This document shows, piece by piece, positions 6,751 through 14,357 of a stretch of 29,552 nucleotides of DNA. The DNA is from Methanobacteriota archaeon. Lineage in GTDB: Archaea > Hydrothermarchaeota > Hydrothermarchaeia > Hydrothermarchaeales > JACRDW01. The stretch covers positions 1-29,552 of the forward strand of contig JBDRDL010000026.1 in NCBI GenBank assembly GCA_043820925.1, read 5' to 3'. The position numbers were made by a program, and so were the translations under genes. The notes under the pieces are model-generated. The model was not told where the DNA came from, ran no database searches, and saw nothing but the letters and a program-made list of their open reading frames with translations. Every line of letters begins with the position of its first letter. The stretch's first letter is position 1.

Positions 6751-7857
6751 ATGATAGCAGATGATATACTCCAGTACAACTGGCAAGCAAGGGAGGAGGG
6801 TTTTTCAGCACTGGAGCACGAGATAATTTTTAGAGACTTGTGCTGCGGCTGCGGGGTGTGCGCAGCTGTCTGCCCGGAGAAAGTGATAGAGGTGCAGGAG
6901 TTTCCAAAGCTCACGGGCAAGTGCACGAATTGCGGGTACTGCTTGACGCAGTGCCCGAGAAGCTTCTTCTTTTCAGAGGAAGCAGAGACCGAGATTTTTG
7001 GAGTTCCATCGCAGGAGTTGCTGGGGCACATAGAAACCAAGCTCGCTGCAAGGACGAGGGAATCCATAGCAGGAATCCAGGACGGCGGCTTCGTGACAGC
7101 GCTGCTGAAATATGCATTTGAAAAGAAAATAATCGACGGAGCAATAGTTTCTGGCTTCGATAAAGAAACCTGGATACCAGTGGCAAAGCTTGCAACTTCG
7201 GTTAAAGAGCTGGAGGGTACTTCTGGCACCCGCTACTCGAACAGCCCGAATCTCGCTGCTCTTCTGGAAGCAAAGGAAAAGAATTTAAAAGCGCTGGCAG
7301 TCGTCGGAGTACCCTGCCAGATAGAGGCTGTGAGAAAAATCCAGGGCTATCAGATAGAGGAAGTGAATCTTGCGAGCAGAATAAAGCTGAGTGTTGCGAT
7401 TTTCTGCTCCAGCAATTTCACGTACGACGGGCTCATGAAAAAACTCGTGGAAGGGAAGTATAAGGTTGCGATAAAAGACATAAAAAAAATGGACATAAAG
7501 GGGAAAAATGTGCTCGTTTATACAGACAAAGGAAAAATAGAGATTCCACTAAAAGAAGCATATGAGGAAAGAAGAGAAGGCTGCAAAGTTTGTACAGATT
7601 TTTCAGGCAGGCTTGCTGACATTTCAGTTGGAGCGGTCGATTCTCCAAGCGGCTTTTCAACCGTTTTCGCAAGGACAAAATTCGGAGCTGAGCTTTTGAA
7701 TAAAATTATTAAAGATGGTAGATTCGAAACTGCTGCGATAGAAGAGCTAAAAATTTCAGATGCGCTCCAGACAAAAAAAGCAGAAAATGCAGTAAAGGAA
7801 ATCAGGAAGAGGATAATAAGGGAATTGCCTCTGCCTTTCAAGAGCCTGAAGTGGTGA
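6751..7857 (+). CDS. Coenzyme F420 hydrogenase/dehydrogenase beta subunit (FrhB/FdhB/FpoF family) with N-terminal 2x[4Fe-4S] ferredoxin domain
   Basis: CCGCGVCAAVCP and CTNCGYCLTQCP; QDGGFVTALL, GTRYS, VGVPCQ, GCKVCTDF and ADISVG FrhB motifs. Confidence 0.92.
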   Translation: MIADDILQYNWQAREEGFSALEHEIIFRDLCCGCGVCAAVCPEKVIEVQEFPKLTGKCTNCGYCLTQCPRSFFFSEEAETEIFGVPSQELLGHIETKLAARTRESIAGIQDGGFVTALLKYAFEKKIIDGAIVSGFDKETWIPVAKLATSVKELEGTSGTRYSNSPNLAALLEAKEKNLKALAVVGVPCQIEAVRKIQGYQIEEVNLASRIKLSVAIFCSSNFTYDGLMKKLVEGKYKVAIKDIKKMDIKGKNVLVYTDKGKIEIPLKEAYEERREGCKVCTDFSGRLADISVGAVDSPSGFSTVFARTKFGAELLNKIIKDGRFETAAIEELKISDALQTKKAENAVKEIRKRIIRELPLPFKSLKW

Positions 7858-7860
7858 AAA

Positions 7861-10194
7861 ATGGCTACAAAAAAACTGAAAATAAAAAAACTGGAATCTC
7901 CTCGCTTTAAAATGAGCAACGTGGAGATAGAGCTCGGAGAAGTAGAGCCCTACTGGGAGGAGCCTCCAGGTCCAACTCCGAAGCCAACTTTAGCAGACTT
8001 AAGGGAATGGGACATGAAGCTGCTGAACAGATATGAACCTTTCTATTCTCCAATCTGCGATATGTGCTGTTTGTGCTCCTACGGAAAATGCGACTTAACG
8101 CACGGCAAGAAAGGCGCATGCGGAATTGACCTAAAAACCCAGCAGGCGAGGATGATAGCTCTGGAGTCAGCAATCGGCGCAGCCTGCCACGGCGCCCATG
8201 CGAGGCACATGCTGGAGCACCAGATAAAGCGCTTGGGAAGGGATTACAAAATTGACATGGGCATGAACATAGCTACTGAGGCTCCTATCTACAGGACTAT
8301 AGTAGGCAAGAAACCAGAAACGCTGGGCGACCTGGAGGAAGGCATGGAATATGCGGAGAGAGAGGTTCAAAACGTGCTCTCTTCTATACACACAGGTCAG
8401 GAGAGCAGCTACAGGGACTTTGAATCCAAGGCGATGCACATAGGCATGGTAGACAATCTCGTGAAAGAAATAGGCGACATAGCGCAAATCGTGGGCTATG
8501 GCTTTCCAAGAGGAGACCCTAATGCCCCTCTCGTTGAGATAGGTGCAGGCAGTGTAGATGCCAGAAAACCAGTAATACTCATGATAGGCCACAACATCGC
8601 CGCAGGGGCAGAGGTCATTACGTATGCAGAGGCTTTCAACAAGCTCGACACTATAGAAGTCGCAGGCATATGCTGCACCGCCCATGATTTGGCGAGGCGC
8701 AGCAGGACGAAGATTATAGGTCCCATGTCAGAGCAGGTCAGATTCATAAGGTCCGGAATAGCTGACGTAATAGTTATAGACGAGCAGTGCGTGAGGACTG
8801 ACGTAATAGAGGAGGCGAAAAAGGTAAAGGCAGCGGTGATTGCGACGAACGATAAGGTAGCTTCCGGACTGCCCAACAGAACTAACGACAGCGCAGATTC
8901 GATTGTAGAAGACTTAGTTTCAGGCAGAATTGCGGGAGCTATGATACTGAAGCCCGAGAAAGCTGGAGAGGTTGCGGTAAAAGTTGCGGAGAGGCTTGCA
9001 CCGCTGAGAGAGGGCATAAAGGCAGTACCAGACGAAAAAGAGCTGAAAAAAGAGGCTTCAAGATGCAATGCGTGCGAGGAATGTCAGAGAGCATGCCCTG
9101 TTAACCTGCACATAAGCGAGGGAATGAAGAATGCAGGGAAGGGGAATCTCGCAAAACTTGCAGAACTCCGTGAGTTCTGCATAGGCTGCGCCAAGTGCGA
9201 GTCAGCATGCCCAAAGAATATACCGGTTATATCGCTTATGGAAAAAGCTTCTGAGAAGAAAATAAAGGAGGAGAAGTTCAGGATAAGGGCTGGAAGAGGT
9301 CCAATACTCGACACAGAGATTAGAAACGTAGGTCCTCCCATCGTGTTTGGGGAAATACCTGGAGTAGTAGCCCTTGCAGGCTGCAGCAACTATGCCAACG
9401 GCGCAAAAGAAGTGGTCGATATTGCAGAGGAATTTTTAAAAAGACGCTTCATCGTCGTTGCCAGCGGCTGCGCTGCCATGAGCCTTGCAATGTACAAGGA
9501 TGAGGAGGGCAAAACCCTGTACGAAAAGTATTCGGGCAACTTCGACTCTGAAGGACTCACAAACGTCGGCTCCTGCGTTGCTAATGCGCATATACTGGGC
9601 GCAGCCGTAAAAATTCCAAGCATATTTGCAAGGCGAAATCTAAGGGCGAACTTCGAGGAAATCGCAGACTATATTCTCAACAGAGTCGGCGCAGTGGGCG
9701 TGGTCTGGGGAGCGTACTCGCAGAAGGCACTGTCCATAGCTACTGGTCTCAACAGGTGGGGAATACCTGTAATTCTGGGTCCGAGCGGAGTGAAGTACCG
9801 GCGCCTCTATCTTGGCAGGAAAGACAAGCCCGAGAAGTGGGAAATCTTCAACGCAAGAACAGGGAAAAAATTAATAACAGACCCTGCGCCCGAGCACCTC
9901 ACATACGTTGCCGAATCAAAGGAGGAGGCAATCGTCGCTATAGCAAAGCTTGTGATGAGACCGAATGACACCACAAAAGGAAGGCAGATAAAGCTTGCCC
10001 ACTACATAGACCTGCACAAAAAATACCTCGCTACCATGCCGAACGACCTGCATTTGTACATAAGAACAGAAGCTGACATACCAGTAACGATGAAAGAGGA
10101 AGTGAAGAAAATTCTCGCAGAAAAAGACTGGAAAGAGAGAGCAATACCTGACCCAACACTCCTGGAGCGGCTGGTATATGGAGGGAGAAAATGA
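7861..10194 (+). CDS. cdhA: Ni-dependent CO dehydrogenase, ACDS alpha subunit
   Basis: CDMCCLCSYGKC..GACG, GAACHGAHARH, C-cluster ligand motifs (GHN, GICCT, DEQC, AGCSN, SGC, GSCVAN), SQKA and two extra CxxCxxCxxxCP clusters. Confidence 0.98.
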   Translation: MATKKLKIKKLESPRFKMSNVEIELGEVEPYWEEPPGPTPKPTLADLREWDMKLLNRYEPFYSPICDMCCLCSYGKCDLTHGKKGACGIDLKTQQARMIALESAIGAACHGAHARHMLEHQIKRLGRDYKIDMGMNIATEAPIYRTIVGKKPETLGDLEEGMEYAEREVQNVLSSIHTGQESSYRDFESKAMHIGMVDNLVKEIGDIAQIVGYGFPRGDPNAPLVEIGAGSVDARKPVILMIGHNIAAGAEVITYAEAFNKLDTIEVAGICCTAHDLARRSRTKIIGPMSEQVRFIRSGIADVIVIDEQCVRTDVIEEAKKVKAAVIATNDKVASGLPNRTNDSADSIVEDLVSGRIAGAMILKPEKAGEVAVKVAERLAPLREGIKAVPDEKELKKEASRCNACEECQRACPVNLHISEGMKNAGKGNLAKLAELREFCIGCAKCESACPKNIPVISLMEKASEKKIKEEKFRIRAGRGPILDTEIRNVGPPIVFGEIPGVVALAGCSNYANGAKEVVDIAEEFLKRRFIVVASGCAAMSLAMYKDEEGKTLYEKYSGNFDSEGLTNVGSCVANAHILGAAVKIPSIFARRNLRANFEEIADYILNRVGAVGVVWGAYSQKALSIATGLNRWGIPVILGPSGVKYRRLYLGRKDKPEKWEIFNARTGKKLITDPAPEHLTYVAESKEEAIVAIAKLVMRPNDTTKGRQIKLAHYIDLHKKYLATMPNDLHLYIRTEADIPVTMKEEVKKILAEKDWKERAIPDPTLLERLVYGGRK

Positions 10195-10326
10195 TAACCC
10201 TTTTTAACTATGTGCTATTGAGCGCTTGCGTGAGCAAGAGCGCAAGTCTAACGCACCAGCTAGCGCTGGAGCGAAATAGCACGACGTATGATGGTCAACC
10301 TTTCAGAAGGTTGGTGTGAAAATGAT
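10187..10326. repeat. Hairpin-rich insert E (10196-10317) between cdhA and cdhB, flanked by a 9-bp direct repeat GAAAATGAT
   Basis: Direct repeat at 10187-10195 and 10318-10326. Outer stem GTGCTATT/AATAGCAC encloses CTTGC-GTGA-GCAAG and CCAGC-TAGC-GCTGG, followed by CAACCTT-TCAG-AAGGTTG. Confidence 0.7.
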
Positions 10327-10846
10327 TTATGCAAAGTCCTGGGTAAGGACGCAGCAAGCAGGTCCGAAACAGGCAAGAGCTGTGCTGCCTGATGCGGCTG
10401 CGAGGATTATAAAGAATGCAAAAAAACCTGCGATTATAATAGGTGCGAGAATCCAGGACCTGAACGGAGCGCTCGTAGAGAGAGTCATAAGACTTGCGAA
10501 TGCGAGAAACATTCCCGTCGTAGCGACTGCGCACTCAGGGAAATTCCTCGCAGAGAGGGGATTCAAAAACTACGTGGAAATGGGCGTGGTGGAGATAACT
10601 AACATCGCAACCGATGAGGAATGGAAGGGCATAGACGGCACTGGCAAGCCTGACCTTGTAATAGTCCTGGGTGCCCACCTCGACTTAATGAATGCTACCT
10701 TCCAGACTCTAAAAAACTTCACAGACATTGCTTCTCTTAGCATAAGCCGCTACTTCATGGCAAATGCAACTTATTCTTTTCCGAACATAGATGACGAAAT
10801 CTGGCTTCGCTACCTTGACGAGCTTTGCGAAAAGTGCGGGCTTTGA
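10322..10846 (+). CDS. cdhB: CO dehydrogenase/ACDS epsilon subunit
   Basis: GPKQA...IKNAKKPAIIIG, IPVVATA, WKGIDGTGKPDLVIVLG and NATYSFPN; follows cdhA. Confidence 0.95.
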   Translation: MIYAKSWVRTQQAGPKQARAVLPDAAARIIKNAKKPAIIIGARIQDLNGALVERVIRLANARNIPVVATAHSGKFLAERGFKNYVEMGVVEITNIATDEEWKGIDGTGKPDLVIVLGAHLDLMNATFQTLKNFTDIASLSISRYFMANATYSFPNIDDEIWLRYLDELCEKCGL

Positions 10847-10869
10847 AAGTGCGAGCCTTGAAAGTGCGA
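10831..10869 (+). repeat. 15-bp tandem repeat (about 2.6 copies) at the cdhB/ogg junction
   Basis: AAAGTGCGGGCTTTG AAAGTGCGAGCCTTG AAAGTGCGA. Confidence 0.8.
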
Positions 10870-10872
10870 AAG

Positions 10873-11616
10873 ATGATTATAAATCTAAAGCTTACGATGG
10901 AGTCGGGGCAACCCCCGAATTTTATCTGGAGCAAAGATGGCGACAAATACTTCAGATATATTGGCGGCGAGAAGTGCTATATCTGGGAGGATAACGGTCT
11001 GCGCTGCACCGAGGGATTTGAAGACTATGTTCTCAAGCTGCTCAGAGGCAGCGACGACCTGAATGCGGTTTACAAAAAGATTTCTACCGACGCTGTAACT
11101 AAGCAGGCGATAAAAAAGTATAGTGGGTTGAGGGTAACTCTGAGCGACCCCTGGGAAACTCTGGTCTGCTTCATCTGCTCAGTAAACAACAACATTCCAC
11201 GCATTCGCAGGAATGTTCAGAGCCTGATGAGAGAAGGCAGGGTATTAACACCAGAGGAAATTTTGAGAGCTGACTTGAGCAGGTGCTGCCTCGGCTTCAG
11301 GGAGAAATTTTTAAGAGAAACCGCAGAACTTGCGCTCTCTTACGATCTTGAAAAAATTGGGAAGACCGACTACAAAACCGCAAAGCAAGTGCTAATGGAG
11401 CTACCGGGCGTCGGAGCTAAAGTTGCGGACTGCGCGCTTCTCTACGGCTACGGAGTTCTCCAAGCTTTTCCTATCGATGTATGGATTCAGCGTGCGATGG
11501 AGAAGTACTACCGCAAGAAAAAGCCTGCCGAAATAAGGAAATTCGCAGAGGAGCGCTGGGGAAGCTGCGCAGGCTATGCGAACACGTATTTATATGCTGC
11601 TGTAAGAGGGATATAG
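10873..11616 (+). CDS. 8-oxoguanine DNA glycosylase/AP lyase, Ogg1-type HhH-GPD family
   Basis: TMESGQ, DPWETLVCFICSVNNNIPRI and HhH LPGVGAKVADC..L..AFPIDVW (catalytic K and D), ending GYANTYLY. Start at ATG 10873; the upstream ORF extension is the tandem repeat. Confidence 0.9.
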   Translation: MIINLKLTMESGQPPNFIWSKDGDKYFRYIGGEKCYIWEDNGLRCTEGFEDYVLKLLRGSDDLNAVYKKISTDAVTKQAIKKYSGLRVTLSDPWETLVCFICSVNNNIPRIRRNVQSLMREGRVLTPEEILRADLSRCCLGFREKFLRETAELALSYDLEKIGKTDYKTAKQVLMELPGVGAKVADCALLYGYGVLQAFPIDVWIQRAMEKYYRKKKPAEIRKFAEERWGSCAGYANTYLYAAVRGI

Positions 11617-11711
11617 TTACAAGTAATTCCGATGATGTCGCTACATGTTCCGATAGGCGTGCCGATAGAGATTCTGGTTTTTGATGGATAGAAACGAGAT
11701 TAAAGAAGACT

Positions 11712-12392
11712 CTAATGGACACAGAGATTTTGTTTAATAATTTGTAGACGATTTTTGTCAGTAAAGAGATTAAAATTAACACGATCTAATATCCTTGGTA
11801 AAGTTATTTCATCTTCACCAAGTTCCTGCCATAATTCATCCTTGCTTTTCCATCGCATCCAACTATCCATAAGCTCCTCTGCTTCAACTTTTGCTTTTTG
11901 CACGAATTTTATGTAACCTTCAGCATTTCCCTTACAGTTATATGCCTCCCTTATCCTGCCATCCCACATTACAAAAAGTTGCGGTAGAATTATATGCATT
12001 ATTTTTGAAGCACCGGTAAACCCATGCTTTCTTGCTTTTGATTTTCCTACATTGGAATTTGCAAGAATATTGAATATTTCTTTTATTGCTCTAACATTCA
12101 AGTCATCTAAGGTAATTTTTAACAAATCTTTGTCCTCTAATTTTTGAAAATTTGGTGTACATTTTTTGATGTCTTCTAGAATTCTTCTTTTTACTTTGTC
12201 GTCCCTATAGTCAACTCGACGCATTTTGTTCCAAGATTGGAGAAATTCTATTAGTTCGTTAATGTCATCAAGAGTTAATGCCTCTAAACGTTTACCATTC
12301 AAACCTTGGATACCATCTAAATATTTTATATCCTCAGTACCAGTTGCAACTCGCTTTACGACACGAAAATCCATGATTTTCTTATAATTCAT
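11712..12392 (-). CDS. Hypothetical protein with G.TGASKI.H...P.LFVMWD..I motif (HhH/glycosylase-like helical fold suspected)
   Basis: 226-aa ORF in a visibly AT-rich segment; fold assignment is inference from one motif. Confidence 0.6.
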   Translation of the reverse strand: MNYKKIMDFRVVKRVATGTEDIKYLDGIQGLNGKRLEALTLDDINELIEFLQSWNKMRRVDYRDDKVKRRILEDIKKCTPNFQKLEDKDLLKITLDDLNVRAIKEIFNILANSNVGKSKARKHGFTGASKIMHIILPQLFVMWDGRIREAYNCKGNAEGYIKFVQKAKVEAEELMDSWMRWKSKDELWQELGEDEITLPRILDRVNFNLFTDKNRLQIIKQNLCVH

Positions 12393-12573
12393 CTTATATT
12401 TATATCAATGTCCACTTGCAAGGAAAAAATCATAAACAGTTAATCTATTTATCCTTTTACAACCAATATAATTATCGGAAACTTGGGAAGGGGTACACGC
12501 TAATTTGCCAGCCTTACCCGAACAAAAATTTGAAGTAGAAAAAACTATAAAGCTAGGCGATCGAGGAATCTGC

Positions 12574-12915
12574 GTGATAAAAGGTAGGGTAAGGTGGGGA
12601 GTTAGAACTCCCCTGGGCATAACTGTGAGAACAACAGAAGAATACTGGAAGCTAATCACAAAATTCAAGCATCCTATAATCAAAAGATACGAGAGAGAGG
12701 TAAAAGAAACGCTGAAGGAGCCGGATGAAATCAGGGAAAGTAAAAAAGATGCAAAGGTTCTGCTTTACTACAGGCAGTACAAGAACTTAGAGAATCGTTA
12801 TATTTGCGTATTGATTAAGCAGTTGAATGGTGAAGGATTCGTGGTAACAGCATACCTTGCTGATAAGATAAAAAGAGGGAACGTGATATGGCAAAAAAAT
12901 CGAAAGAAGTCTTAG
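12574..12915 (+). CDS. DUF4258-like predicted toxin (RelE/BrnT-like nuclease fold)
   Basis: TPLG..VRTT..YW..I...KHP, PDEIRESK.D..V.LYY and GFVVTAY; overlaps a DUF2283 gene. Start at GTG 12574 is a best guess. Confidence 0.7.
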   Translation: MIKGRVRWGVRTPLGITVRTTEEYWKLITKFKHPIIKRYEREVKETLKEPDEIRESKKDAKVLLYYRQYKNLENRYICVLIKQLNGEGFVVTAYLADKIKRGNVIWQKNRKKS

Positions 12916-13130
12916 TAGTCTTCGACCCTGTTGGAAATACGCTTGACGTATGGTTCGAAGAGCCGAGAGAGGCGATTTGCGAGGAGACAGAAGAGGAATT
13001 CTTGATCAAGAAAGATGCTAAAACAGGGGAAGTTATTGGATTTGAAAAGTTCAACGTTCAGCTGAAGAAGGGCGAGATTCCATCCATTAAATTCTTGGTA
13101 AAATCAGGTGAAGAGGAAGCTGCTGTTTAG
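12888..13130 (+). CDS. DUF2283 family predicted antitoxin
   Basis: V.FDPVGNTLDVWF...KD.KTGEVIGFE pattern; acidic 80-aa protein. Confidence 0.8.
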   Translation: MAKKSKEVLVVFDPVGNTLDVWFEEPREAICEETEEEFLIKKDAKTGEVIGFEKFNVQLKKGEIPSIKFLVKSGEEEAAV

Positions 13131-13160
13131 AGTACCTTCCCTCGCTCTGAGCATGCCAAC

Positions 13161-13507
13161 TTACCCGAACAAAAAATCCTTGCACTCTTTCTCGATTTCG
13201 CTCAAAGTCAGCAAGTTTGGCTCTTTTCCAAATTCAATTGCAAGGTGCAAAATGTCTGCGACTTCCTCGCCGAGTTTTTCCAAACTGAATTTTGCTATCG
13301 CATCTATGGCAAACTTTTCAATTTCTTTAGGCTGAGCCTCGTTCATCCTCCTTCTTTGCAGGTTTAACGAGTTCTACATCGCAGTCGTTTCTGCTCAACA
13401 CTCTGAGAACGTGGTCCAGCTCTTTTTCGGGTACATCAATTGACTTTCTTCCATTGTTTCTTCGGAAATCTCACGACCAGCAGCAAATTGAAGTCTGGCA
13501 CTATCAT
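13161..13507 (-). pseudogene. Possible degraded PIN/VapC-like gene
   Basis: ATG 13507 gives MIVPDFNLL (PIN-like N-terminus) then an early stop; a downstream frame gives ...ADILHLAI... (PIN-like C-terminal motif). Needs frameshifts to join. Confidence 0.3.
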
Positions 13508-13565
13508 ATAATAATTCACAGAATCCCTAGATAAATATAAATAACTCCGATACTAAGTGAATGGT

Positions 13566-14027
13566 ATGACCAAAGTAAGAGACGTTATGACAAAAAACGT
13601 TGTCGCATTTAAACCAGAGGATTCGATATACGAGGCTGCAAGGATTCTGCGTGAGAGAAAGATAAGCGGCGCCCCGGTCGTTGAGGGCGAGAAGGTTGTG
13701 GGGATGATAAGTGAGGCTGATATCATGAGACTGATTGAAGAGCACGATATAGACGTTAACACGATTCTGCCAAGCCCGCTGGATGTTCTGGAGCTTCCGG
13801 TAAGGATGAAATTAGAATTGAACGAAGTCCTTGAGAAGATAAAAAAAGCTTCGTCTGCACTTGTCAGCGATGTAATGACAGAAAAAGTTGTTTCGATTTC
13901 TCCAGATGCAGCGATATCTGAGGCAGCAAAAGTAATGTCCGGGAAAAAAGTCAACCGCCTGCCGGTGATTGAAAAAGGAAAGCTTGTAGGGATAGTATCG
14001 AGGGGAGATATAATAGGGGCTTTGTAA
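13566..14027 (+). CDS. Tandem CBS-domain protein
   Basis: VRDVMT...ISGAPVV...VVGMISEADI and VSDVMT...VNRLPVI..GKLVGIVSRGDI. Confidence 0.93.
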   Translation: MTKVRDVMTKNVVAFKPEDSIYEAARILRERKISGAPVVEGEKVVGMISEADIMRLIEEHDIDVNTILPSPLDVLELPVRMKLELNEVLEKIKKASSALVSDVMTEKVVSISPDAAISEAAKVMSGKKVNRLPVIEKGKLVGIVSRGDIIGAL

Positions 14028-14053
14028 TGCTTGTTTATTTTCCGTCAAGAAAC

Positions 14054-14061
14054 TTTATATA
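14054..14061 (+). promoter_or_regulatory. TATA box, likely leaderless transcript for the small Cys protein-lsrF operon
   Basis: AGAAAC-TTTATATA ending 24 bp before ATG 14085. Confidence 0.6.
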
Positions 14062-14084
14062 TTTCAAAGCCTTTTTCTCTTATT

Positions 14085-14342
14085 ATGGCAATCCCGGGGT
14101 ATGTGGATTATAAATCGAGAGAATTTTGTAACAGTGTGAAATGTCCAGTGCAATTGGAGCTGAATTCTAAACCTGAAGAATATGAAAGAATAAGGCAGAC
14201 TTGCAGAAGTGGCTGCAAATATACTACATGGCAATTTCATCACTGGTTAATCGAAAAAGGATATTTAATTGTTAAGCCCGAGAACACAGACGTAGCAGGG
14301 GTCATTAAGCACTTACCTGCTGACCCCTCTACGTCAAATTAA
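14085..14342 (+). CDS. Small Cys/His-rich hypothetical protein, probable metal binder
   Basis: MAIPGYVDY..REFCNSVKCP...CRSGC..TTWQFHHWL.EKGY.IVKP; own TATA box; ends 15 bp before lsrF. Confidence 0.7.
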   Translation: MAIPGYVDYKSREFCNSVKCPVQLELNSKPEEYERIRQTCRSGCKYTTWQFHHWLIEKGYLIVKPENTDVAGVIKHLPADPSTSN

Positions 14343-14357
14343 AAGGAGGTGTTTAAA

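Larger units (their letters stand above)
12513..13175. repeat. 16-bp direct repeats CTTACCCGAACAAAAA bracketing the DUF4258/DUF2283 pair
   Basis: Exact copies at 12513-12528 and 13160-13175, each preceded by TGCCA(GC/A). Confidence 0.75.

Noticed and set aside
6473..6811. 112-aa minus-strand ORF
   Set aside because: It reads through the tRNA, repeat module D and promoters, with no protein features.
10825..10872. RALKV-repeat N-terminus on the glycosylase
   Set aside because: An artefact of the 15-bp tandem repeat overlapping the cdhB stop; the real start is more likely ATG 10873.
11625..11670. TTCCGATAGG match to insert B as another element copy
   Set aside because: Only about 10 bp and none of the diagnostic hairpins; could be chance.
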